From the NCBI GenBank assembly GCA_904063045.1, contig CAJFCJ010000006.1, forward strand, positions 4,542,408 through 4,606,407: a stretch of DNA of 64,000 nucleotides, written 5' to 3'. Made by a program: the position numbers and the translations under genes. Within the stretch, counting starts at the first letter, position 1. Every line of letters begins with the position of its first letter. Source of the DNA: Dimorphilus gyrociliatus. Its lineage: Eukaryota; Animalia; Annelida. Shown in pieces: positions 50,199 to 62,051 of the stretch. The notes under the pieces are model-generated. The model did no database searches and was not told the origin of the DNA. It saw only the letters and a program-made list of their open reading frames with translations.

Positions 50199-53100
50199 TT
50201 ATACTGTAAATACTCGTACACAACCGTCATCGGCACCAGTTACAACCGTATTGTTGTCCAACCAGCCCACGGTATTCACAATTGCCATAGGATGTTTACC
50301 TGGGAATAGATGATTCTTTAAAATAGTTTCTTTTTATAAGAAAAAAAGCTAACCTTTGATTTCGGTTTTACTGTGCGTATTTGCAGGATCCCAAATGAAC
50401 GCATTAGTATCTATTCCACCAGAAAACAGACGCTTCCCGTCGTCGGACCAACATACTGAGTTAACCCTTGCTGTATGATAAACCCACTGCGAGCTCGTTA
50501 AGTCTTCGTAATCAGGCAAACGGAAACAGTAGATAGGTCGTCCAGAGCTTGCAGCTCCTAGAAAAGTTCCGTCCGGGGAATAAGACATGTCTGTTATTAC
50601 TCCTTGGACGACTATTTCTCGCTTTATTGTTAAACTGAAAGAGTCATCGTAGCTATAAATTCGTAATTTGCTATCCCCTCCACAAACAGCAAATTCTTTC
50701 TCGTGTGGATGGACGGCGGAAGATTGACCTTCAAAGTCAATTGGAACACTCTTGACCATACTTCCATTCATTAGAATAGAAATCTATTTACAAATATGTA
50801 TACTTTAAATCTGATAAAAAACAATATTTGAAAGTAATTACATGGTTGGTACTAGCAACAACCGTTAAACCGGAAGGAGAAGTTGACATGCCGCGAGGCT
50901 GAGATTGTAGTTTGACTTTATCACCATAGCGTGCCTCACTAACATCAGAGAATGCTATGGTGTCATCCATACTGCAACTTATCAATTTGCCACGAACAAT
51001 ATTAATTTTTTGAATCTGTAAACAAATACTCTATTAAAATAACTTTTTACTTTGACACCATTAAACGATTAAGTTGGTTAAGACATGACAATTACGAAAC
51101 ATACACGTAATTAAACTTCATCAGCTGGTTACGAAATTTTAAGCTCTGGTATCATTTTCAGAGATCTTAATTCTACATTTATTAACTATAGAGGCTGCAA
51201 ATATGATGGTGTAACTCGAACACTCGGACGCACGTTTTCATACTTATATCATAAAAAGTGACAAAGTTTTGTTTTAGCCAAAGGTTAACTTATACAACTT
51301 AAAATCAAGGCAGCTTTCATTATGTTCAAAATATTTGCTGAACTTTTTTGCTTAAGAAAAGCAATTGTTTTTTAGTCGACTTGTAATTTGAATAAAAACT
51401 CACGTAAAAGATCAAATAAAAGTTGTTGTTTTGTAGTGAACTCAATGTTTATTATTTTGCTTTCTCTAATTTCCAACAGAATTAATCATTCAACTAAATA
51501 ATCTGAAGTCGAAGTGACAAGAAATTTATTCTATATTCCATCTTTCTTAAATTAATGATATCTTTTAGGGCGCATTAGCTAAAGCTGATATATAAATCTA
51601 TATATATTCTAATATATATCTATATGTACCGAATTTATAAATTTTGTTATGATTAATAACATAAAGTTAGATACGGATTTCGAATGTATCATTAAGACCC
51701 GATGGAAAAAGAGTCATAAGAGTTATAGAATCTTACTGCATTAGAAATTGTTAAGTTTTTCTGAACGAATAACTGAATTAGTTATTTTGCTCTAATCAAT
51801 CACGACAAACTGACAAAACCTCAATATAAGGAAAACAAAAAGACATTTTCTTTGAAAGAAAAAAACTGTCGACAAGTAACTACCTTCATCTTATCAATTA
51901 GTGGCTAGTTTTAATCAAAGTTTCTAGTAACTTTGTTTGTAAAATATGAAATCCCCCTAAATTGTGGGTTGTGTGGCTTTGTTAAAAACTTCAAATTTCA
52001 CCTTATTGTCATGCTTTGAACCATTCAACATTTCATTATCTCCGTTAATTCTCCAACGGCAGATAGCGCCATCTGACGAAGCCGAAAAAATGGCACTCTT
52101 ATCTTCGGTCACAGCCAGTGAGGTTATCGGTAAATTATGACCCTACAGAAAATATTTACAAAAGTTTAATATCCTGATGAACGATAATAGAATAATTACT
52201 TTAATAATCCTCAATGGAGTAGACGGATTGTTCTTGTCCAAATAATTAATGTACCCTGATAGGGAGACAGTCAACAGGTGAGATCCCTGCCAGAGGCAAC
52301 CAACTTGCATATCTTCTATGGCTTTGCCCATGTCAAAAGTACTGTCATAAAGTAAGAAAAGGATATTATTAACCTAATAAAATTCATAATACGAACGTGA
52401 CAACGGAATTTGCTTGAATATCCCATATTTTAGCTGTTTTATCGCCAGAAACTGAGAGTAAACTCTTTGAATCTTCACTAAAGCTTATCTATATATATTA
52501 AATATTAGTGTAGAGTATTGCAGCTTTATAGGTAGATATTTATATATTTACCCCATAAATTCCACCAGCGTGTGCAGGGCTACCTATTTCAGATATCTTG
52601 TTTCCGTCTTTACCATCATAGACAATTAATTTTCCGTCAGCTCCACATGATACATAAATCGATCCATCAGGTGAATACCTTACAGAGTTAACAAAACGTG
52701 TGTGTTCCTAATGCAGAAAATAGCTTATTAAATGTTAATTAAATTGCATTCGCTCATACTCTTGTAGTCTGCTTAAATTTAAAGGGGGGACCCTCGAAAA
52801 ATGCAACGCTCAAATCATCTGAAGCTGTTGCAAGCCTAAATGGCCTTGTGGGTTTGAAGTCGATTCCATTGACACATTTTGAATGTCCCATAATAGTACC
52901 CACAGAGGTTCCGGTCTCGGCATTGAAAACATGACCAAATCTGTTAAACAATGCATATAAAATACTGTAATTAAAATCTGCAGTTCAAGGCTATACAAAC
53001 TTCTCTCGACCTTCACCTCCGACTGCTATCTTAGTGTTGTCACTGGACCAAGATATATCTTTAATACAACCAGCGAAGGGTTGAAATTCATTCTTTAGAA

Positions 53101-53642
53101 TATGCTCCTTATTAACTGTATCCCAAATTCGTACTTTTCCAGACACATCTGTTTTATTAATATTTAAAAATATTCCGTTTTTTTTGTATTAGTCATGGTT
53201 AATGAGTGGGTAAATAATATCCTAACCGGCAGAAGCAATATAATAGCCGCTTGGAGAATATTTAGCGCATGTCGTTGCTGTCGAATGTTCAGTATAAACA
53301 TCAGCAATTTCTGGGTTCTAAAAGGAAGATAATTCGTTATTTCGTTCGTTTTTAGCAATTTCATCTTACGTCTATGTTTCTTATAACAACGCTATTGCCA
53401 TTGACATACAGGAAATTTTTGCCCTTTGGATCACCGTTAATAACAATTCTTTGACCTCTTTGTGTTTTAGGTAAAGTTGCAAAAAGTGATTCTGAAATTA
53501 TGACAAAAACAAAAATGAATCCGATACCGGAACTAACTCAGATACCAAGTACGATTTCTCATTAGACAGGTAAAGTAAAGTATGAAAAGATACAGTTTCT
53601 TTGAAAATTTTATTCGGGAAACTTACTCAAGCTTGCACTCAT
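50199..53642 (-). CDS. WDR1: WD repeat-containing protein 1 / actin-interacting protein 1, multi-exon
   Basis: [85 protein letters not shown] and [14 protein letters not shown]. Confidence 0.95.
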
Positions 53643-53897
53643 GTTTCAAAGTAATATTAGCTACGAAGAAAAACCGGCAATTGATTGAAGGAAATTAGTC
53701 CAACGCCTGCGGAAAGCTCCTCTTCGATATTTTCACCTAATATGGTAATAGGAAACTATATTTACCAAATTAGGTTAATTTATTTCAATATGTTTTAAAT
53801 AGCAAATGTAAAATATAAACTTGGTCTCAACGTTGAAATTCAAAATTAATTGAAATACGAAAATAACTATTAAGAAGTTCCGCATTCTTTTTGCTTT

Positions 53898-53916
53898 TTT
53901 CGCGCGCCAATTTGAA
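53898..53916 (+). promoter_or_regulatory. E2F/CDE plus CHR-like composite (TTTCGCGC...TTTGAA) upstream of cyclin J
   Basis: TTTCGCGCGCCAATTTGAA read directly ~150 bp upstream of ATG 54063. Spacing resembles CDE-CHR elements. Confidence 0.45.
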
Positions 53917-54062
53917 AAAATGTTCTATAAGATGGCGTACTGCGCTGTTCCAGTTCTCTTTTCTTTTTGCGAAAACGTTCAGTAATTAATTGTTGGCCTT
54001 TTGTTAATTTCTACTTGTTACCTGTCTGATATCAAAGTGATAATCATTAATAGCCATTTAAA

Positions 54063-55139
54063 ATGAGTTCATTTCAAAATGTATTATTTAATTGGCATGA
54101 ATCTGATATTTCTTTAGCAAGTGAAATCTATAAAAATGTTTGTATCAGTGAGTCGAAACTCCCCTTTTGGGCTGGGGTTCCTGAAGATGCGATGGTAAAA
54201 ATATAATATTGTTAATTAAATTATAAATATTTTTAGCAGAACCATTAAATATTAACGTTTCACTTCAAAAGGAATATCGCATTATTTTCCTAAAACTGAT
54301 ACGAAAAGCTGTCAGTCATTTTCGTTTCTCGAAACAAGTAGAACATCTCTCAGTCGCTATAATGGATTATATGATGGTAGTTTATAACATAGATCCTAAT
54401 AGTTATCATCTATTCGTCATCACGTGTGTAATTATTGCCTGTAAGATTATCTCTTTTTTTTACTTTGTCATTTGTAAGGGTTAAAGGTCTACAGGTAAAC
54501 TGGAAGATCTTGAAGACAACATTCCTTTATTTAGTGCCGTCAACGACTTTTTGTCTCCGATTTCGTTTCCAAAAAAGACCTACTATTCCATGGAAGTCAT
54601 TATTCTAAAATCAATGAATTTTCAAGTACATTTACCAACTGTTGCGACAACAATTGACTATTTATTGGAAGGTTCCATATCGATGCAAGATTGTAAAGTT
54701 GAAGAAATGGTTGTCTTAAAAAGAGAACTACGAAAATATGTTGATAAGGTACTTAACAAAACCTTAGATATTGTATTTCTTCGGCAATTTCGTCCATCAT
54801 GTATCGCCGCCACATTAATTGTCGCTGGAAGAATAAGCTTAGAGCTGTCTCCTATGCCTCCGCATTTCATATTATTATCAGGATACTCATTTGAGGAGAT
54901 CAAAGATGTAATGCCTATTATTTTAAAGTTAGCATATTCAGCTATGTTGCATTTAATTATCTTACAATGTTTTTAATGGTTTCAGTTTACAACAAGAGGA
55001 CGACTTATGTTCTATTTATAGTCAAATTGCAACTCCTGAACATCCAACAGATGCAATCGACAAGCAAATAGTCATGGATGACAAGCGAATACACAGGAAG
55101 AAGTCTAATCGCAGTGCTCAACGAATGTTGTTTGATTAA
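54063..55139 (+). CDS. CCNJ: Cyclin J-like protein, 4 exons
   Basis: W..DISLASEIYKNVCISESKLP, HLSVAIMDY, CKLEDLED, MEVIILKSMNFQVHLPT and FRPSCIAA...GRISLELSP...LSGY follow the cyclin J pattern, though divergent. Confidence 0.75.
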
Positions 55140-55715
55140 AAACGGTTAAACCGCTTGTAGTACTTATGTGTCTTATAGCTTTATTCTTAAGTTTTTCCCT
55201 TACTATTTTTTATAACCATAGTCTCTGCTCTCAGCATGAAACAGTATAATGAAACGGAGATGTTTAGCTTTAAAATAAGCTTTTTATTACTTAAATTAAT
55301 AAACGACACAACATGAAAGTAAAATTTTCATTACACCCAACATCAAAGATTAACAAAAAATATACCAGACTAGATGAAGATGACTAGAAATCACGTGGAA
55401 TGTAATACATAAAAAACAACATAATTTAAATAACAGTAGAGACGGTATAAGGCACTACATGCACGTAGTTGCAGAAAAAAACACTTTCTGATACCATTAA
55501 CTCCGGGAAAATGGACCAGTGAATTAGCGAACAATAAATATATGGACGTATACTTAACAATCACAGCTGAAATGACAAGAATTGCTCCGTACAAAAAAAA
55601 TTGACGATCTGTAGTAGAGAAATCACACAGAATACAAGATATACAGCCAAATTTGATTATGTTTGATATGATATTTGACGTGCTTTAAAAATTCTTGGTC
55701 CCTGTTACCTTAAAC

Positions 55716-58616
55716 TCATTCCGTCTCTTCAACGGTGTCGATGGACGTTTTAGATTGAACTTTTTGTTGCAATTTCTTCAGCAACTCTGAAGCAGGTGTA
55801 TTCAAAGCAGTTGGGGGACTATTCGGGTCCGCTGTTTCGGATTCCGGATTTGTCGATAGGCTTGTCGTCGAAGCCGTCGGTGAAGCAGCTTGTTGATCTC
55901 CGTTCAATTTTGTGCTCTTTGCCGCCTCCTTAGTCTTCTTTCGCAATAGATGACGTTCTTTAACTTTGTACTCCAGAGTCGAATGAGGAACACCGAAATA
56001 ACTCCCAGCCCTATGGACCGACATTTCGCCCCTTTGAACAGCTGCAACTGCTTCGAGCAATAATTGTGAGTTGTACTTCCTATATTGTCCACGTTTAGGC
56101 CTAGTTTTCTTATCGCTTGGAATAGTATTCTCTTCTTTCTTCGACGCTCGCTTGGCCTTTTTAACAGGAGGCGGCATGCTGCTGCATGACGTTGAAGCAT
56201 CTGAACTATTCGGTGAAACTACGCTGTCTTGTGTAAGATTGGTATGAATGGTCTCCAGCGACTTGTCAAAACTCCTATTTTTTAGCTTATCAGTGAGACT
56301 CTTAGCTATAACATCTTTCAAATGCCCGTTTGGCGAATGATTTTTATTTTTAGATTCATTCAACAAGCGAGCTTTATAATTTGGAATCTTCAACTGAACT
56401 TGATTTTCCGGATCTTGAGATTCAGTATTGTCCGTTTTACGAACATCTAAAAACTTTTCACTCACTAGCTGCCTTGATAACTGTGGTAGAATAGAAGAAA
56501 CTGTTGGACACTCAGCGGCAGCAGACATCTGCGACAATTGCGACAATTGTAAAAGTTGCGCAGTGCAAAGTGCCGACCAAAAAGCTAAATTTTGTTCGTC
56601 GATAGGTTGAGGAAGGAAAGGGTGCTGAACAGGAGAATCTAGACGATGTTTGTGGCGTAACATGTCAAGTCGACTAGGCCAACCGGCAGTATCATTTTCT
56701 AGATCTGATACTTTCTTCTTTTCTTCTTTTTGCGCGAAAGTTGGAGTAGCTAAAAGATCTGTTATTGTCAAGTCCCGTTGACCTGGAGAAGTCAAAGTAA
56801 AGTAATTGGACAAATTTAATTGAAAAATGTACCTTTAGGGGAACTCTTAGCAGCATTATTGTTCGAAACATCTGCTTTTTGTGATTGTTCTTGTAAGGAC
56901 ATTTTGAAAATTTTGTTTCTCAGCGTAGAACGAGGAATGCCGTACAATACAGCTGCCCTTCTCGTTCCTAAACGACCAGCTTTGATTTCCTTTAAAGCAG
57001 TTCTTAACTCTTCCTCAGTGTAGCCTCTTTTAGATTCCTTTCTCTTTGGACTGAATGCAAAAACGAATTAATGTCGTATAAAAGAAACGATTGAAATGTA
57101 GCTACCCGTTATTTGTGGGGGTCTGGTTGGTCAGATCAACTGGTGAACTCTGGCAGTTCGAATGAGATACACGATCAGACGGCAGTGCTGATTGAGAACA
57201 CGCTGATACGTAGGCAGATAATAGACTTTGCATATAATTGCTTGCCGATGAACTATTGGGGGCTATAAAATAATAATTGAGTTATAAAATTAAGTCGTAA
57301 TGAAGAAATTCTTGTGAAAATTTACCAATGTCGCCTAGGGGATAAGCTGACGACAGAGCGTGATTAGTACAATCTTCTCCTTTCTGAGAAAAAAAAAAAC
57401 AAATTATAAAATGGATTAGCAACAGGTGTCAAAATTATCCTTTAACTCACTGGAGCTCCATTATCCACGTCGCAAAATGCACACTCCTCGTTCGGCGCAA
57501 AGTCCACAAGATCTGTCTTTGTTGATTCTTTCAGAAAAATCAAAAAAAAAATTATTGATTTTTTTTAGCTAATTATAATTAAAATAAGAATTTCCCAAAA
57601 AACGCTTCAAAAAAAAAACCAAGTTAATACGCTGCGAGGAAAATTACAGTAACACAGTCAGCGGTCGCCTTAGTTTTTTGTCATCCGAACTTCCTAATAA
57701 TTGATCGGACAAAATTACCTGCGCATTTTAGGTCATGTTTCGTAATTTTAAAATAAATATACCTCGAAAGGGTTCCAAAACTTGTAATACTTTCTTGTGC
57801 TGTTTTCTTCCACATACTTCAGTAGCAATAGCTTCTAAGCCTTTAATTAAATAAAAGAAATAATGTTTACAAATATGCATTTATTAGTTTAGGTAAAAGT
57901 TATTACGAAAAAAGGTAAAAAACAATACGACGGCCCGTGGTGTGGTGATAAATGCCGCAATATGTAACAGACTGCAGTTTTGCAGGTAAGCGGTGGGCTG
58001 GACTGCAAAATCAATGGTTGCCAGCAGCACTGCGCTGCATACATTTTGGTAGCCCACCTGCCTTTGCATGTATTAATTAAGAGCGGTTTCAAAGCGCACC
58101 TGTACTCGAAAGAGTAGAAATTTTCAGAGGAAAATAATGTTTTGAACTACATTTATGTCCGCAAATTTAATTTACATGATAGCGTCTACAATAGAGACGC
58201 TAGCACTATCGTTTCTAGGACACGTGCATATATGTTAGAACGAATCACAAAATAGCGGGAAAACTTTGTAATTTTTTATCAAAGTACATTTCTTACCATG
58301 CTAAATAAATACAAATTCAATAATTGATAGTAAATAATAAAAGTATAGAGAGGCAAATTTCTAGGAAAATCTCAAAAAATAGGGAGTGTACATGATGTCC
58401 GCAACAGCCTAGAAATTTGGCAACCATCAGGTGGGGCAGACAGGTGTTCGACGCTTTTTACTCTTAAGAAACCGATTGCTTGTCAAAAGTAAATAAGGAA
58501 ATTTATTCCTTGGCTAATAACTCACCTAAAAGAACGGGAATTTTGCGACTCCATGAAAGTAATTCTCTCTTTAGAGCTCTTCTTTCCTGGATGCAACTCG
58601 CCTTACCGCACTCCAT
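55716..58616 (-). CDS. Eip93F: E93/Mblk-1/LCoR family transcription factor with two Pipsqueak HTH domains, multi-exon
   Basis: N-domain MECGKASCIQERRALKRELLSWSRK..LGLEAIATEVCG...ECAFC; CtBP-type PVDLT; HTH1 YTEEELRTALKEIKAGRLGTRRAAVLYGIPRSTLRNK; HTH2 RPKRGQYRKYNSQLLLEAVAAVQRGEMSVHRAGSYFGVPHSTLEYKVKERH. Confidence 0.93.
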
Positions 58617-58620
58617 TTCT

Positions 58621-58650
58621 GGGGGAACCCCCGACAGGTAGCGCTACCTG
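58621..58650. promoter_or_regulatory. Tandem inverted repeats GGGGGAACCCCC and CAGGTAGCGCTACCTG
   Basis: Read directly; 5-34 bp upstream of the E93 ATG, within the 326-bp E93/REC8 divergent interval. Confidence 0.6.
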
Positions 58651-58942
58651 GAATATCAGGAAATTTAGCAATTGCGTCACGGATTAGAATTTAGATCATG
58701 TGATATGTTTGTCTCTATTTCAGTCATAAAGAATAATTGCGAGGAAACTGCTCAAGATGGGTTCCGAATTCCCCACGAGAATCCACTTTTTTCAAAAGTA
58801 AAAACCCAACACCGAACCAAACTTTCGAATATTCCATCAGCGCGAACATTAACCGTCAAAATTTTCTCACACTTGCCTTAAATCCATTTCGACTCAATTT
58901 CTATACTTATCGAGTTAATCACTGAGAAAGAAAAGGGTCAAA

Positions 58943-61900
58943 ATGTTTTATAGCTACGAACTACTTACTAAAGAAGGAAAATTTGGCATATTATGGTATG
59001 AAAGCAACTTTAATCAAATAAATATAAATTTAACTTATTTTTAAAAAAAAAATTTTAACGAACCTTCTTAAACAAGGCTTGCTGCGACGTCAACAAAACG
59101 ACTAACAGACTTAGAATATAATTCTCTAAATATGCAATGGATCTGGTTAGTTTTTAAATTCTTATTTGAATTTTAGATAGTGAAGCCATCTTTAAATTCT
59201 ACCTAAATTATTCTATCTATATCATACAATTATAATTCGAATCGACTTTCTATATGGTATGTTTATTAAAAATTATTTGACTTCCAAATAGTAATGAAAT
59301 AAAGAAGTACATTGACGGAAGGCACGCTTCTCGCAGAAGAATGTCACTCTACTTGTCAGCCATGCTGATGTACGGTTGTGTTGTTATTCACAGCGAAAAA
59401 AGCAAATTACTAATGAGTAAGTTCTTTCACAAACAAATTATAACATTTTACATTATTTCATTTCGTGTTTCAGGGGATATAACAGCTGTTATTGGCCAAA
59501 ACCGTCTTAAAGTCACAACAAATGAGTTGTCCGTTCAGCTACCGAAGACTAGGAAAAGAAAGTAATTACTGGTCCAAGAGCTTTATTGAATAGTCTAGAT
59601 AAGTAAATGTCGTTACAGAAAGAAACGTACAGGCTCTATGATTGAAATACCCAAGGGAAATATTGAAGATCCTTATTTTGGTATCACAAGACACTGGGAT
59701 ATAGAGAGTAATCTACTCATTCCATTTCTAACTGAAGATCTTAACGAAGTACATGTTTTACATAAAAAACTAACAAACTTTACTAAATGAATTATATTTA
59801 TAATATGCTTTAGTCTATACCCGAGTCACCAACACATGCTAGAAATCAAGGTATTCTATTTTACATCGATAACTTTATTTTGAATTCATGTTTTTATTCT
59901 ACTAAAGCTATCCAAGCGAATCACGTTGATATTACTATAAGAGAGATGCAAGAGGAGGGCCGAAATGTTACTCTTGATGTATTTAAGTATCTTTAACTTT
60001 TGACAAAAATAACAAAAAATACTTTTAGCTGGTCGAAGACGATTCTGCTATGCTTGATGCTGAAAGATTGGAAAATCTACTAGCTAATTTTGATAATGTA
60101 TATTGAATTACTACTTTTATATTATAACTTTAATATTTCTATGTATCAGACTGGGGATGAAATACACTCGAAAAGAAGCAAGAGTAATGAAATCAAAAGA
60201 ATCGATCACACGCAAGATAATCAGCTGTGCCTACCAAATGCATCTCCTATTCATGATCCAGTTATCATTGATCGAGACCAAGATAAAATGAATCACTCAG
60301 ATGATGTGATTGGTGACACGACTTTAAGGCCAGAACAAATGGCATTTGAAGAAAGCCAACATCCTACTAAAGCAACAACTGAGGTAATAGAAATCTGTTG
60401 AAATACTGTATCTATAATATAATTTATGAAATTTATTTAGGATCAAATGGTTCAAGCTGCTGATCGACCTTCGTAAGATACGACAAATGCATTTTATGAT
60501 CACATGAAAAATATGGAAAGTATTATTTGATTCTTTTCCAGGGAAATGCTTCCAATGGAGGATATAACAACAGTTGATTCAAAGAAAAAGGAAAAAGAAG
60601 ATCAAGTTCCCTCAACTCCAATCAAAAAGAAGCCAAAACCAGTTAGGAGAAAGATTGAGGTTGCTATTTGAAATATGTTGACGAAATCTAACATTTCCAA
60701 TATAGACTGATGAAGAGGAACCTAAGAAGAAAAAGAGAAAGATTAACTTGGAAGATTCTCTTGCTATTCCTAAAACTCCAGTGAACACCAAATCAAAAAG
60801 GAAGAGACTAAAAAAGTTTATTGAGGACGAAAATGCATTTAATCAAAGTCAAAAAAGGCTTACATTTGTAGATATTTTTCAACTATTTTTAAAATTCCAC
60901 ATTTATATGCTTTATTTTAGAGCGAGCCTGAAGTCAGAGTGACTATTCTGGATGACGAAGGATTACTTGACAATACTTTTGACTTGAACGCCGCCGAAGG
61001 AAACAATTGGCCTTACATGCTTTTAGATGATAGTTTGTATTTTTATTCATTGTGTTGTTAATTATGTTTGATAAGTTGTCTTTACATCTTGTAGGTGAAT
61101 TAGCGAAAATGAATCGTGATCATCCTAGCCATCCCAGCCCCTTGATATCAGATACCCTTCAGGTTGATCAATTAAAGCGTTTTCATAATATTTTTAACAG
61201 ATTTCCAAACAGGAACCAATTGAAATACCTCGTGCCAGAGACCAATCCATGGACAGCGTATTGATTTCCGATCAAGGGCATATTAGTGATATAAAGGTAA
61301 AAGTTTGAAATAGGAATTTTCGGGTAAGCTTAATTTTAGTTGTAGGAAACTTCAAGAGATTACTCGGACATTTCAAGGTGAGAACAAAAATTACTGAAGT
61401 AATTAAACTTTATTTCGGAATTGCAAAAAATCTTTTAAATTCAGACCCAGTTTGCCTTTGGAAAGCATTAATGCTAGTCCACCTCGTGCAGCACAAACAC
61501 ACGCTCACCCGGTGATTTATGAAGAGAGGGAGAGTGGTAATTTAGTAGCCAGTAAAAATGTACGGGAGCTCTACGAGTAAGTTTCTTAAACTTTAAATAT
61601 ACATTAATATAATTAACTGCGTAAGTTTTGATTATTCAAGATATAACTTATTCTAATTCAATTCTAAGGTTGATCCGTCTTACGCTGGAAAACCACCATG
61701 AAATTGAATTTTCTCAGGTTGTAGCTGGATGCGATAAAAAGTTGACAGTGAAAGCATTTTATGCTATGCTACGTAAGTAAAATGCCCAGCTATTGCCTAA
61801 AAAATGATTTCAAATTTTTTTTAGATATGGTGAAAGATAATTTAATTGAGATCAAGCAAAGAAAATCATACGGATCAATTAGAATCACCAAAGGGAAACT

Positions 61901-61952
61901 TTTTAGTACCTTTTCTCCCAACAGTTGGAGTCAGAAAAATCAGCAATTTTAA
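58943..61952 (+). CDS. REC8: Meiotic cohesin kleisin REC8-like, multi-exon
   Basis: MFYSYELLTKEGKFGILWLAAT; RMSLYLSAMLMYG (REC8-type rather than RAD21-type LRTSGHLLLG); central KRKRLKKFIED; C-terminal winged helix KAFYAML...IEIKQRKSYGSIRI. Confidence 0.85.
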
Positions 61953-62051
61953 AGTTCATTTGCTCAGTTTCATTATTTTTTTGCTCCTAAGATAATTTAT
62001 ATTTGTTCTTTCTATTTATGTAATGATATGTTGGTTGAGTAAAGTTCTTAG

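Noticed and set aside
51018-52001. Intronic C/D snoRNA in the WDR1 long intron
   Set aside because: No properly spaced RTGATGA/CTGA pair with terminal stem could be identified.
57884-58092. Two short minus-strand ORFs as alternative E93 N-termini
   Set aside because: The conserved N-terminal exon is at 58526-58616, and these ORFs lack a usable donor and homology.
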